Source: Chiloscyllium plagiosum
Taxonomy: Eukaryota
Reading direction: 5' to 3'
Length of the DNA stretch: 64,000 nt
Assembly (NCBI RefSeq): GCF_004010195.1
Contig: NC_057750.1
Location: 3,649,450 to 3,713,449, forward strand
Every line of letters begins with the position of its first letter. Positions within the stretch are counted from its first letter, which is position 1. The position numbers and the translations under genes were made by a program. Below are positions 1 to 14,300 of this stretch, one piece after another. The notes below the pieces were generated by a model. That model was not told the origin of the DNA and made no database searches. It saw only the letters and a list, made by a program, of their open reading frames with translations.

Positions 1-344
1 TAAATAGACAAAGTCTTTTCCCTGGGGTCGGGGAGTCCAGAACTTGAGGGCATAGGTTTAGGGTGAGAGGGGAAAGATATAAACGAGACCTAAGAGGCAA
101 CTTTTTCACGCAGAGGGTGGTACGTATATGGAATGAGCTGCCAGATGATGTGGTGGAAGCTGGTACAATTGCAACATTTAAGAGGCATTTGGATTGGTAT
201 ATGAATAGGAAGAGTTTGGAGGGATATGGGCCGGGTGCTGGCAGGTGGGACTAGATTGGGTTGGGATATCTGGTCGGCATGGACAGGTTGGACCGAAGGG
301 GCTGTTTCCATGCTGTACATCTCTAGACTCAATGACTCTATGAC
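1..344 (+). mobile_element. CR1 LINE 3' end (young subfamily)
   Basis: ORF2 C-terminus RGNFFTQRVVRIWNELP, 3'UTR and ATGACTCT-type tail; near-identical to 33540-33872. Confidence 0.9.
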
Positions 345-869
345 AGTTAACTGCCAAGCTTTGTTTAAAAGATAAATTGAACAGGTTGACACTGATTGTG
401 AAATGAACAAGCAAATAGCTATCACCTATTTTGTTGAGTTGAAACAGGTGCAACGTATGTACATGTTTTTTTGTTGTGTAAAGAACAGAGACCTGTATAC
501 ATAGTTGAGACATAGCCTCTGGTAAGCATAAATGCCCCACACTGTAAACCAACTGAAAATCCTAAATTGGTTGTCAGTGTAATTGTTGTACAGTAAGGAT
601 TATCCAGTAAATGTTGTCCAATTACAGAAACACACTATTGGGAACTTTGCAAGCACAGTCTGGTTGAATCCTTATCAAGTTCTTATTGGATGTCATCAGT
701 AATCTTTATGGATGCAAGATGTGGGACTATGTATGTGGGGGGAGGGGTGGACTTTGTGTTTTCTGTCAGCATATAAATAAGAGTGTGGGGGAGTACATAT
801 ATCTCTGTTCCAGAGATACTCTTCGGCATCTGTTTTGTACAGGTAAGGGTAAAACTGCAATAGTTCCAG

Positions 870-1062
870 AGTACTGTACGGTTGCACTCTCGTTAGAGAA
901 AGACAACTGGTGGTGACTTTAACCTGAGAGTTACCATGCTTCAGACAAAACTGAGAAGGTGGACCTTCATGGTGATCTCAGCCATTACAGGAATTTAACT
1001 CACACTTGTTGGTGTCACTCAGCATTGCAAACTAGGCATTCAACCAACTGAGCTAACCAACT
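870..1062 (-). mobile_element. Old tRNA-derived SINE fragment
   Basis: Minus strand begins GTTGGTTAGCTCAGTTGG (A-box-like) followed by a degenerate B-box. Confidence 0.45.
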
Positions 1063-1695
1063 TCCTTTGTCTCGGTATGTTGTTTACGAATTTGAAGTTC
1101 CCAAACCACAACCGCTCACAGTAGATTGTATATGTAGCTGTAAACAGAATAAAAGGTCACAGAAATGGATCTTGATCCCTCTGAAGATCTTTCCAAACCA
1201 TGCTTCAGCATAATTCTTGGTTTACACTGAGAAGTCACAGGACAAAATGCAAATATTTGCAAACTGCCCTCTGCTGATGTTAAGCAGTGCTGTCCAGTGA
1301 AAATTTGTAAGCAAATAAACTCAAAACTCTGAAACAATATAAAACATGGCCAATGTAAAATGTTGCTGAAGTGAAGAGCCCTTTGCTTCAATCATGCAAT
1401 ATGGAGGTTAACAGCAGATAGCTGAGAAGATTTATTAATAAAATAGATCCATAACTATCAACAAAATGAAGCAATTGGTCAAAAACAGACCTTCATTGTA
1501 GTGACCTTGATATTCATTACACAGTCTCTGTGGTACTTCCAGAATATTGTGTCAGCCAATACACTCATTGTAAAAGCATTTTGAGATGACGATAGACACT
1601 CAGTTTATGACAGTGATATTGGTCAAGTCAGGCATTGTACCAGTCTATATACAATATATATTCTTAATGCAGTTGATAAACTTGGTAACCGATGA

Positions 1696-1916
1696 ACAAA
1701 AAAAAACCAAAGAACTGCATATGCTGGAAATCCAGAACAAAAACAGAAATTGCTGGAGATACTCAGCAGATCTGGCAGCATCTGCAGAGAGAAAGCAGAG
1801 GTAACATTAGAACTGAGTTCAGAACAAAGGTCACTGGAGTCGAAACTTTAACTCTGCTTTCTCGCCACAGATACACCCAGGCCTGCTGAGTTTCTCCAGA
1901 CATTTCCTATTTTGCT
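1696..1916. mobile_element. Palindromic PLE-derived mini-element, degenerate
   Basis: Inverted arms; imperfect TSD ttggtaaccgatga (1682-1695) / ttggtaacaggtga (1917-1930); degenerate hammerhead core. Confidence 0.7.
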
Positions 1917-2100
1917 TTGGTAACAGGTGAGTTTGGGAAGGTGGTTACAATAGTCAAAGAAGCAAAATAGACTCCAATCCACCAAATTAACATATAGACT
2001 TCTGGGTTATTAATTCAGTCACATAACTTCTATACTGTACTTACTCCCCATATTTCTGCACGAACATCTTCACTTTGATAAATGTGAAGACAAAAAGTCA

Positions 2101-2365
2101 TTAAAACAAAGGCCTACTTCTGCTTTTGATGAACCCCAAGCATCCCTTCAGCTCGTGCAATGAAATGGACTTGCTGCTGTTAAGGTCACAGTATTCTATA
2201 AACTTTCTTGTGCACTTCTTTGGCTTGGCATTCTTCCTCAGGTAAACTTTAAAGGGCCTCAGCTCTTTCTCAGAGATCTCGTTGTTGAAGTCCTTGTCAA
2301 GTCTCCCAAAATACCAGCGAATAGCACGATCCTCCAACAGGAAACTAGTAGATCCTTCAGAAACT
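2101..2365 (-). CDS. SMOC1-like: SMOC exon 11 (EF-hand pair), to in-frame TAA at 2103-2101; possible donor after 2118
   Basis: ctacttctctgcag|AGTTTC...; VSEGSTSFLLEDRAIRWYFGRLDKDFNNEISEKELRPFKVYLRKNAKPKKCTRKFIEYCDLNSSKSISLHELKGCLGFIKSRSRPLF*. Confidence 0.95.
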
Positions 2366-5300
2366 CTGCAGAGAAGTAGAAGACATTTGTGTATTGGCTG
2401 TCACTTATACAATGGTATGCAAAGCAGCATATCCCAAATCTGATTCTTGCCAAATGAAAAAAGGACCTAATCTTAATCAGGCATCCAGATTGCTCTCAGT
2501 ACTCAACTGTTGCTGGGTCACAATCCCAGAACCTTATGTTAATATGGGAATACCCTCACCACACAGACTGCAGTGGTTCATTAAAAAAACCCACCATTAC
2601 CCTTTGTAGGCATAATTAGGAATGGGCAATAAATGCTGGCTTGTCACTGACGCTCATCTCCTTACAATAAATTAATTAAAAGCATATTCCTGTTCATGCT
2701 TGAATATTAGTCCCATATCTAGACATCCACTATGATATCTCTGTACTTCCTCTTCTTTTCAGCTTTGTCGTTCTTTCTCATTTCTCAACTTTAAAATAAT
2801 AATGTAGAAAGTGTGAGGAAGAAATAACAATGTGAATTGGACTTCACTGTAGAATAACTCTTTTTGCAATAAAATAGCAAAAGCATGCACCACTGCTGCC
2901 TCGCAGCGCCAGAGACCCGGGTTCAATTCCCGCCTCAGGCGACTGACTGTGTGGAGTTTGCACATTCTCCCCGTGTCTGCGTGGGTTTCCTCCGGGTGCT
3001 CCGGTTTCCTCCCACAGTCCAAAGATGTGCAGGTCAGGTGAATTGGCCATGTTAAATTGTCCGTAGTGTTAGGTAAGGGTTAAATGTAAGGGTATGGGTG
3101 GTTTGCGCTTCGGCGGGGCGGTGTGGACTTGTTGGGCCGAAGGGCCTGTTTCCACACTGTAAAGTAATCTAATCTAAAAAAATTTGTAACAACTAACTTT
3201 AACAATTAAATTATAATTTTTGAATGACTACGTACTATGCTTTTGGACATGTTGCCCTTTTTTGTCCTACTTAATGAAACTTGTAAAGATACAACACACT
3301 AAAGTTTAGGTGTTTTAATCTAATCTTGCTGAAGGCAGTGTAAATGATTCAGACAACATGCTTGCTATTCATTGAAGGAGTCCTCAAATACAATTGGTAC
3401 CTACAGAGTACTGCATTGAAGCGAATCTGTTTTATTATCTCATTGACAGTCCAACAGTGTATTACCCAGATATGTTCAAGTGTGTCCAACTCCTTGAACA
3501 TTTGTTAAAGGTAAAGCAGGAATTACAATATCTTGTAATACCTCCAGATAAGGATAATATTGAATATGATAGTATCCTATGCAAATCCAATTTGAAGTAT
3601 GCTTTCAGTGAAGTTACATTGGCAGAACAAGAGCAGTTGAGAGGAACTTTGCAAATACATAAAGAAAGAACAACCAGAGAGAGTGCAGAATTACTTCAAT
3701 GGCACTGTCAACTGTCTGGAACATCTCATCAGAGCTTACCAAAGTTTGAAATGTCAGAACTGAGGAATGAAGCATTTTCCCGTCCTTTGGTTGAAAATTA
3801 ATTTTCAGAGGGATTGCCAAGAAATGATATCAGCTGTCAGTTTCAAGAACTCCAAGATAAAATATGTGTTGGAAGAAATTCCTGCAGTTTTCCAATGAAA
3901 CACTTCAAATATAATCCATTTGCAAAGTGCAACCAATTATATGAGTGCAACATTTCCACTTCCTACACCATTTATTCTTATGCCATGTACTGTATGATTG
4001 AAGTTATTAGTTTAACAAGAATTTATCCTGAATTAGGGAGATGTTTTGTACTATAAAATCACACTTATAGGCTGTAGATTAGACTGAATTATTTTCACAT
4101 AGAACCCAATAATTAGGAGAGTTTATTCCAATTGCCAAAGCAGCATTCAGTTGCACAGCTTGAATTTACTATATCATAAAATATACTAGTTTAGCAGCCA
4201 TTCCAGTAACATTTATTCAATAGCAGTAAACAATAAAGTGAGAACTTTTTGTAGTTGTACAGGGTACCAGGGCATAATGAAAGCTACATGCTTTCCCCTT
4301 TAAGCCTTAAAATAGTTGAAGTATACCTTCTCCATGTTGGATGGTAACCAAACTGGTCCATGTCCATGATGAGGGACTTTAGTAATCCTGCCACAAATTC
4401 AGTCTTCTTTCCACCAGGACAACCTGAAACATAATAAAGATTAGTGATTCATACCAACATGTTAGCGAGTTTTGAGAAGATTTATAGCTCAGGCTGAGGT
4501 TCTGGATGTATGTTTGCTCACTGAGCTGGAAGGCTCATTTCCAGATGTTTCATCACCATACTAGGTAACATCTTCAGTGGGCCTCCAAGCGAAGCACTGT
4601 TGATAATTCCTGCTTTTTATTTATATGATTGGGTTTCATTGGGTTGGTGATGTCATTTCCTGTTGTGACATCACTTCCTGTAGTGATGTTATTTCCAGCT
4701 CTTTTTCTCAGGGGGTGGTAGATGGGGTCTAACTTGATGTATTTGTTGATAGAGTTTCTGGTTGGAATGCCATACTTCTAGGAATTCTTATGCGTGTCTC
4801 TGTTTGGCTTGTTGTAGGATGGATGAATTGTCCCATTCAAAGTGGTGTCCTTCCTTATCTGTATGTAAGAATATGAGTGAGAGAGGGTCATGTCGTTTTA
4901 TGGCTAGTTGATGTTCATGTTTCCTGGTGGCTAGTTTTCTGCCTGTTTGTCCAATGTAGTGTTTGTTACAGTCCTTGCAACGTATTTTGTAAATAACATC
5001 AGTTTTGCTTGTTGTCTATATGGGCTCTTTTAAGTTCATTAGCTGCTGTTTTATTGTGTTGGTGGGTTTGTGGGCTACCATGATGCCAAGAGGTCCGAGT
5101 AGTATGGCAGTCATTTCCGAGATGTCTTTGATTTAAGGGAGAGTGGCTAGGGTTTCTGGACATGTTTTGTCTGCTTGTTTGAGTTTGTTGCTGAGAAATC
5201 TGTGGACTGTGTTCATTGGGTACCCGTTCTTTTTGAATACACTGTATAGGTGATTTTCCTCTGCTCTGTGTAGTTCCTCTGTGCTGCAGTGTGTAGTGGC

Positions 5301-8300
5301 TCATTGGAATAATGTTCTACGCAGCTTCGATTGTGGATGTTGGGATGATTGCTTCTGTAGTTCAATGTTTGGTCCATATGTGTTGTTTTCCTGTAGAAGC
5401 TGGTTTGAAGCTCCCCATTGGCTGTTCTCTCTGCTGTGACATCTAGGAATGACAGTTTGCTGTTGTTTTCCTCCTCTTTAGTGAATTTTATGCCAGTAAG
5501 GGTATTACTGATGGTCTTGAAAGTTTCCTCTAATTTGTTTCGTTTAGTGATGACAAAGGTATCATCCAAGTAGTGGTCCCAAAGTTTGGGTTGGATTGTT
5601 GGCAGAACTGTTTGTTCGAGTCTCTGCATTACTGCCTCTGCTAAGAACCCTGATATTGGAGATCCTATGGGTGTTCAGTTAGTTTGTCTGTAAGTTTTGT
5701 TGTTAAAGGTGAAGTTTATGGTAAGGCATAGGTCCACTAGCTTCACGATACTGCCCTTGCTGATGGAGTACTGGTGTTTGGTGTATGTGTCTTTGGGTTT
5801 TCTAATAATGTAGTCAGTATTTCCTTGGCCAGGTAAATGTTGATTGATGTAAACAAGGCTGTTGTATCAAAGGAGACCATTATTTCATCCTCTTCTATCT
5901 TAGTGTCTTTGATGGTCTTCAGGAATTCTTGTGTGGAGTGGATGGAGTGGCGTGAGTCTTCTACTAAGTGTTTTAGTCTTTCATGTAGCTCCTTGGCCAA
6001 CCTGTAGGTTGGTGTTCCAGGTAGGAACACTATGAGTCTGAGGGGGTTCCTGATTTGTAAATTTTGGGTAATCCGTAGAAGCGCAGTGTGTTGGATCTAT
6101 GTGGTTTCATTTTTTTGGAAGTCGGTCTTATTTATTTCTCCAGATTTCTGAAGTTCTTTGAGTAGGGCTGTGATTCAGTTTTTTAAATTGTGGGGTTGTG
6201 TCTACCGTCATTTGTTGGTAAGTGTTGGTATCTGTAATTAGTGTGTTCGTTTTTTTCAATGTAGTTTCTTCGATTTAGAATGACTGTCAAGCGTCCTTTG
6301 TCTGCAGGTAGGATAACAATTGGCATCATGGTAGCCCACAAACCCACAAGCACACTAAAACAGCAGTTAATGAATTTGAAAGAGCCTATACAGATAATAA
6401 GCAAAGCTAATGTCATTTACAAAATACCATGCAAGGACTGTAACAAACACTACATTAGACAAACAGGCAGAAAACTAGCCACCAGAATACATGAACATCA
6501 ACTAGCCACAAAACAATATGACCCTCTCTCACAAGTATCCTTACATTCAGGTAAGGAAGGACACCACTTCGACTGGGACAACACATCCATCCTAGGGCAA
6601 GCCAAACAGAGACATGAATGAAAATTCCTAGAAGCATGGCATTCCAACCGGAACTCTATCAACAAACATATCGAATTAGACCCCATCTACCAACCCCTGA
6701 GAAAAAGAACAGGAAATGATGTCACCACAGGAAATGACATCACCAACCCAAAGAAATCCAATCATATAAATAAAAAGCAGGAATTATCAACAGTGCTTTG
6801 CTCGGAGGCCCACTGCAGATGTTACCTAGTATGGTGATGAAATGTCTGGAAATGAACCTTCCAGCTCAATGAGCAAACCTACATCCAATACCAACATGTT
6901 TTAGATTGTCTTCCCTTCATTCCAACTAAACAAACACAGCAGGTAATAAGAATAAAATGAGATCCCACAAACAGCAAATGATATGACCAGTTAATCTAAT
7001 TAATCTAATTTTAATGGCATTGATAAGGGGACAAGCCTTTGCCGCAATACCAGGAAAACTTGGTATTCTTTAGTGTTATGGACCAGACGAAACCCCCTCA
7101 ATCTATTCAGAAGATAGTTTAAACACTATTTTTTTTCATGTTTTAAAGGTAAATGTAAGGTGTTGCATTCAGTTGCAATTTAATTGGTTAAACTACTAGA
7201 TTTAAAGCAAAACACATTTCATTCATCCACAACAGTTAAAATACAACAAAAGAGAAAAGGAATTGGAATAACAACTCTATTGGAAAACTTAACAGAACAA
7301 TTACTATTACTAGTAATAGTAATACAAAATTAACTGTTCCAATATAGTAACACACAGCTTTGGCAAAAGGCAAATTCAGAAAACAGTTTGCCTTATATGC
7401 AGTTCTCCAATCCTGGAATTAATGAATGAATTAGTTTCGTTGTCATGTGCAAGGAAGAACATCAAAAGACAATTCTGAGAGAGATAACTTTAGTTTTTAG
7501 GTGTAGCAAAGACAGATGTGGCAAGTTTTTCACAACCCCAGCAACTTCTGTTAAAACCTAAACCAAAGATCCCTGGTACCAAAGCTCGACCACACCCACT
7601 CAGGCTGCTTCTAATTTTCCAACTCTCAAAAAAAACTCAAGGCATCCCAAGCTATTTATTCTCTTACACACTGCTCTGCACTTCTCCTTCAATCTGTCTG
7701 TTTTTTAAAAAAAGGCCGAAACAACCTCTTAAAGCCATGGCATATTCACATTAGGAATATAGCAGGAGTTATTTTACATCAACTAAATTGGGAATCCAGT
7801 TTAATATCTTAATTGAAACTCAGCACCATCCTTCCTGGAATATCAAACTAGATTAAGAACTCAAATCCTTGAGGAAGAGCTTGAACACACAATCTGATAA
7901 CTGAAGCAGAAGTACAACCATTGAGCTATACTGACACAGGTAAAGGAATGTCAAAGTTAATGTTGTCATATTATCGATATCTCCAGAGGTTGGCTTACCA
8001 ATGGCTCATGCATCTCTGTTATCATCATGACACTTTTGTAAAAATATCATGCAGGCAATCATCTATTAATACTTTATTCTTTTGTCATAGTCATACTAAT
8101 TTCTAAATTACAAACCTTGGAGTTTCCTATCTCTGAAAAGGGGAGCCATCTCAGAGATTTTTGACCTTCCAGCACTGCCACAATCAGGTGTCTGGTTACT
8201 GCAAAGAATGGGAGAGTAAGTTGAAATCCTCTGGTTTAAATATTAATTTCAAAAGCTTCAGATTTTAAGGTGCCTGCTAGATTCTGCTGCTCATATTTCA

Positions 8301-11300
8301 ATGTAATTCTTTTCTATTTTGAGCTGTTCAACTCATTTCTTTCTGATTCCTGAGACTCAAATAAAGCTGTGAATCTGCACTTTTAACCAACGGATAAATC
8401 ATCCAGTAAAGATATGGTGTCCTGCTTTTGCAAAAAAATTATGAAAGTAAAAAAGCATCATCAGCACCTTCTGAAAAGCAATTACAGATGTATAATAAAT
8501 ACTGGCCTTGCCATTGACACCCACATCCCATAAGTGAGTAAAACAAATTGCACTCCTCTTATGGCATATTGTACTGCATGCTATTCTTGTTACTAGTGGC
8601 TGTTCCTCCCAAAACAAAACTTCTTTGTAAATAATATTGACCCAGCTGTTTCTTCCATGATGATTTTGAAATTGGAGAGAATAACTGCAGATCAGTGGTT
8701 GTCTTGAAACTAAGTATGTGACCTTAATAGGAACAACTTACACAACATTGCCTAAGCTTTAGTTAAACATCAAGTTGCTTCATGGGAATGCAATGATAAA
8801 ATCTGACACTGAACCACATAATGAGACAATTAGGATATGACATCAATAAAGTATGTCTCGGGGAGATTTTTAAAGGAGCAAACTGTAAACTCACTGGGTA
8901 TTTCACCTGAGGCCTGCAATGGAGGAGGTGCACCTTTTCACTTGGATGAGAGATTGAATTTCAAACAACATAATTCATTCTCCTGGAATTAGAATTATAG
9001 AATGGAGATAATTTATGGATTTCAATACTTAGAAACATTTATTCTCAGACTTTTATATTTGCAACTATTTTCCCTCAACTCAGATATAATGCTGATTAAA
9101 AGGAGAATAAACTTCTACAAAAGTTTGATCTTTGATCTTCCTTTTATGATGTATTCATACTGCCTCATCCTTGACACACTGCCAATCTCAGTAAGACTAC
9201 TGCCATTTGAAGTTTGTCTTAGTCCTGTTTATCTAGTGTAGCGCTCACCGTGCAGTTGTGCCTTGGATCGGATGTCCTGAATCAACTCGAACACACCAAC
9301 AGTATCCAGTAGCTTGGTGGCACTGCACCTGTTTGTATAATCCATTTGAGCTGCACTGTGGAACAAAGGCTCCCTCGTACTGATGCTGTTTTGCTTCTTC
9401 GATGGCAGATCGACGTTCCTGGTCACATGACACTGGCTGGTCTAATGAGGGAAGAAAACTTAGAGTTTAAAATGACACTTTAAGCCACCATTAAAAACGT
9501 TTATTATGACCTTTTCATTTCTCTTCACTCTTCTGACCCCATCCCATTACTCATGCTGAGATTTACTTGTCCTCCAGGAACTCATCCAAGCATCAGTGGC
9601 CCATTAATGTTTAGATATCAGCAGGGTAATTTATTATGTAGACATCACAGACTGTGTTTTCAGAATGCTTCCAAACGAAATAAAATAAAGAATATTTGAG
9701 TGATGCGTCGATTAATTTCTATAAGTATCAGTCTTATGACACAATTAGATGGTAAGGGACAGGGAAAGGGGCAATTAGATCTTGGGACACAGTAGTTAGA
9801 AGTAAACAATTAAGCTTTCAACAATGACAGCTTATATTTATATAACATATTTAATGAAACATCCCATGTTGTTTCACAGAGCATTATACAACAAAGTATG
9901 ATGCTAAGCCATATAAGGAGATAATCAGTTAGAGGTGCAAAAGCTCAGTCAAAAACATAGGTTTTAAGGAGCATCTTAAAGGAGGAAAGTGAATTAGGGA
10001 GTTGGCGATGTTTAGGAAGTTAATTTCAGAGCTTGGAGCCCAGGCAACTGAAGGCATGGCACCAGTGGTGAAACAATTAAAATTGATGACCACAAGAAAC
10101 AGAATTAAAGGAGCATAGATAAAAACAGAAAATGGGAGAAAAAGTAGGCATTTGGCCATTCAAACCTACTCTGCCATTCAGCATGGTCATAATTGATCAT
10201 CTAACCCTTTCCTGCTTTTTACAATATCCTTTGATCCCTTTAGCCCTTAGAACTATATCTAACTCCTTCCTGAAAACATTGAATGTCTTGGTCTCAACTA
10301 TTTTCTGTGGCAGAGATTTCCACAGGTTCACCACTGTCTGGGTGAAGAAATTTCTCTTCATCTCAGTCCTAAATGGCCTTACCCTAAGCCTGTATTCTTA
10401 AAATATGACGCCTGGTTCTGAACTCTCTGGTCATTGAGAACATCCTTCCTGCATTTACATTGTCTGATCATGTTAGAATTTTATAGGTTTCTATGAGATC
10501 TCCTTCATTTTCTAAACTCCAGTGAATATAGTCCCAACTGGTCTAGTCTGTTTTCATACATGAGTCCTGAATAAAAACTAAGCAAATTAGCATTATTTCT
10601 GATACATTATTCTGCCCAAAATGCTAGCTATTTTGGCATGGATAACTAATAATTTGTATGTGAATTGCTTTGAGAAATTTGAGTCTTAATGGCTGCAAAA
10701 TACATAAAAGCAAATCATTCTTTTAAAATGCTATTTATTATGATACACTTCCTCTGATTCCTGCTAAATTCAAATGTCCCCCATCTCCCTCCAACCTCCT
10801 TACTTGAGAGGTACCTTGGGATGTATTACTTGTTTTAAATGGTAGCATATACAACACCCTGTGATCGTAAGGAAGAGTTGGCAATCATTGGACTCACTTA
10901 CCTAGCTTGGCACTGCGGTTTGATTTGGCATCTCTAGTGAATAGAAACCATAGGGCTGGATATGTCAGTTCTGAACAAAGGAAAATATTGAAACAGGATA
11001 AGGCATCTACATTGCTTATTATTATTATCCAATATTTTATTAAGCTTTACACATGTAGAACAATCCCAGGTTCAATCCCCAGTCTTTGCTTAACAAATTG
11101 TTCCATTTTAGGTGAAACAACCTTGACTCAAGGAGAGGGAAAGAAGCAAGAAGATAGGATACCATTCCTCATTGGTCTCTAATGATCAATGACTGACAAA
11201 AACTCATGGGTTAAAATTGGATGAATAGTAAATTCCTTATTTCAATGCTTATAGAATTGCTATACAGTTGCACTCCATCATCAAGCCACATCTTTGAGAG

Positions 11301-14300
11301 GAGAAAATTGGAGGGAGAAAATATAATATTTATATGTTTTAATCTTCTTTTCACCTTTGTATTCATTTCCTTTTCCAATATTCATCTCTCATGTACATGC
11401 ATGATGTGTTTTGTTTCTCATGAACTCAGTATGGTAACTTCCTGATTTACATCCAACAAAGAGCCTCACTAATTGGGAGCCTTTACTGGAAATTTGGGTG
11501 CTTATGATTTTCAGACTATATCCAAGTATAGATTCATTAAAGCACGGGCATCATGGAAATAGGTGGTATGTTTACAGGTGGGGGTAACCATTCATGGAAG
11601 TCTTCCACAGTTGACTTTCGATCCAATTTGACAAGGTTCTAATTTAGTTTCAGTGTGAGTATCTTGCAGATTCCACCTGTGATGCATGAATTTCCCCTTT
11701 TCCTTCATGTTCCCATTTCCCTTTCCATTGCTGTCCCTGTGGCTCCAATGACCATTTCATTAAACAGTGAATGAATAAGTGCTAGGAAGGTAAACAATAG
11801 GTCATAAGGTATGTGTGTCTGTGTAAGCTCAAAAGCATCTGGAGTTGGTGTTTGTGTGTCCCTGCTTGCAAAGTAACCTAGCGGAAACATTCTTTTTATG
11901 TTTCCCTGAGCAACAAAGTAAAGCACTGAAAGGCTAAAGTGCTGGTGGTCAATTAATGCCAAGTTGTATGAATGAACGGTCAAGAAGGATGGTAGCCATG
12001 AAGCATACAGGGACATCAAGAAGCAGTTGTACAATGGCCAGGACAAGTTTTCCACAAGCTTCAGCAGCCAAGTTCCTGCTCTAATTTTCAAGTCAAGAAT
12101 TTGTGCTGTGTAGTTTCTCAGGAGAGGAGAATTGGCAGTGGCATAAGGTGAATTGCGGCTTTAATGAAATGCAAATGTGTGAAAATAGAGGTACTAACAG
12201 CTGTATTATGAAATTCTGAAGTCATGATTTGTGGCTTAAGAAAAATCAGGAGTTTTTCTCAACATGAGGGTGGCGCGGTGGCTCAGTGGTTAGCACTTCT
12301 GCCTAACAGTGCCAGGGACCTGGGTTCAGTTCTTGCCTCGAATGATTGCCTGTGTAGAATTTGCACATTCTCCCCATGTTTGCATGTGTTTCCTCTGGGT
12401 GCTCTGGTTTCCTCCCACAATCCAAAGATGTGCAGGTTAGGTAAATTGCCCATAGTGTTAAGTTCATTAGTCAGAGGGAAATGAGTCTAGGTGGGTTAAT
12501 GTTCAGAGGATCAGTGTGGACTTGTGGGGCTGAATGGCCTGTTTCCACACTGTAGATAATCTAATCAAAAATCACATTTCTTTTTCATTCTCCCCCTCAC
12601 AGCCCCAACTTTCACACCATTGTTCATGTGACACAAGGGAGGGGTAAATTCCTCCCAAAGTTTCCAATATACAGTACCATCTTTGCAACAGCATCTCTTG
12701 TGCCTGCCAGGTAGACATTGAATCCCTATAGTATGGAAACAGACCATTTGGCCCAACACGTCCACTCTGAGCCTCAGAAGAGTAACCCATCCAGACCATT
12801 TTCCCTACCCTATTACTCTACATTTACCCCTGACTAATGCACCTAACCCACACATTCCTGAAAACTATGGGCAATTTAGCATGGTCAATTCACCTAACAT
12901 CTTTGTGATTGTGGAAGGATACCAGAGCAACCAGTGAAAATCCACATAGACAAGGGGAGAATGTGCAAACTCCACACAGACAGTTGCCCGAGGGCCAGAA
13001 TCGAACCTGGGTCCCTGGTGCTGTGAGGCAGCAGTGCTAACCACTGAGCCACCATGCCACACTGTTGATCTTCAAATCTATTTTGTCACACCCATTTGAT
13101 CTAAAGCTAAGAGTCACTAACCCAAATTTGGGTACGGTTGTTATGCAATTGGACTAAGTAATTCAGATTTCTGCATTATTTATCCAGGTAAAATACAAAT
13201 TCAGATTCCACCATGCCAGCATAAAATAACTGAATTCAATTCAAAATAGAAATACATAACTGGAATTAGTAAAACTGTACATGGTATTTTTGTTGCCAAA
13301 ACTAAACTGGTTCCTGAATCAACTTTAGGAAGGGAAATCAATTGTTCTTACCTGTTCTCAATTTATATGATCCATACCAGTGGTGATTAACTGCACTTAT
13401 AAGTTGCTTAACAAGACATTCAGGAGCATTAAAATGTTTATGGGCAACAAAAATCGCCTTGCCAGTGACATACATTGAAAATGATGACCTTCTGTTTGAA
13501 TGTTACTTTCATTCTGGGTGAGTAGAGAAATCACAGAAACTTCACCTGGATTTTTGGAGATTAGCAGTGCATCTTTATGTCTGTCCTCAACAGGTCTCTG
13601 CTTGTGATGATCCAGTGCTTCACCTGCAAGGAGAATAATTAATTAAAAGAAGGTTTTTTTTTTTGAAATTAACTCTGATGCCTCTGGATTGATTGTGGTT
13701 GGGTGCATATGTCAACTCAGTTACACGAGTTACAAAAATCCTTCTGTCTCATGACCCAACTAACCTTTCAGTTAATTTGCCGGCCAAAATCAAAGATGCA
13801 ACCCATTTTATGCATATAAGACAGGATTCGTCTGCCGTTATATTAGGAGGGTGGGAGAAGACCAGAGATCCTGAAGTTGGAGAGTGACTTGGCTGACCAA
13901 CCCAACACCTTGGAGTTTGCTTTTTCCTTCCTTCAGTCTCCAGTTTGAGGAATGTATTAGATAAACCATACAGCTGAGGAAAGCCAGCAACCAGAGATTG
14001 GCCACATCCACTGAAGAGGCAGAGTGACCATTACCCCAGGAACACCTGCTAACTGATGGAGACCTGGAACCAAACAACTGATCTTGTGCAGGTGGTGCTG
14101 GATGCCATGGGAGGATCTCAAAAGGGCCAAGAAAAAAAGAGGAGAAAATAAAAACTTGTTTGAAACAGCCATACTCTTAAAACCAAACGTTGTCGTTTTA
14201 GATTGCCAGCAAATAATACAGACAATGTTTAAAAGAACGTCATGTCTGGAACAGTAACTTAAATTATCTTCTTTTGAAATGTATGGGGAAAAGATTTCCA

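Noticed and set aside
13838..14160. Long polypyrimidine tract followed by open frames on the minus strand
   Set aside because: Acceptor is an uncommon GAG, the required phase hits a stop after about 22 codons, and there is no SMOC similarity.
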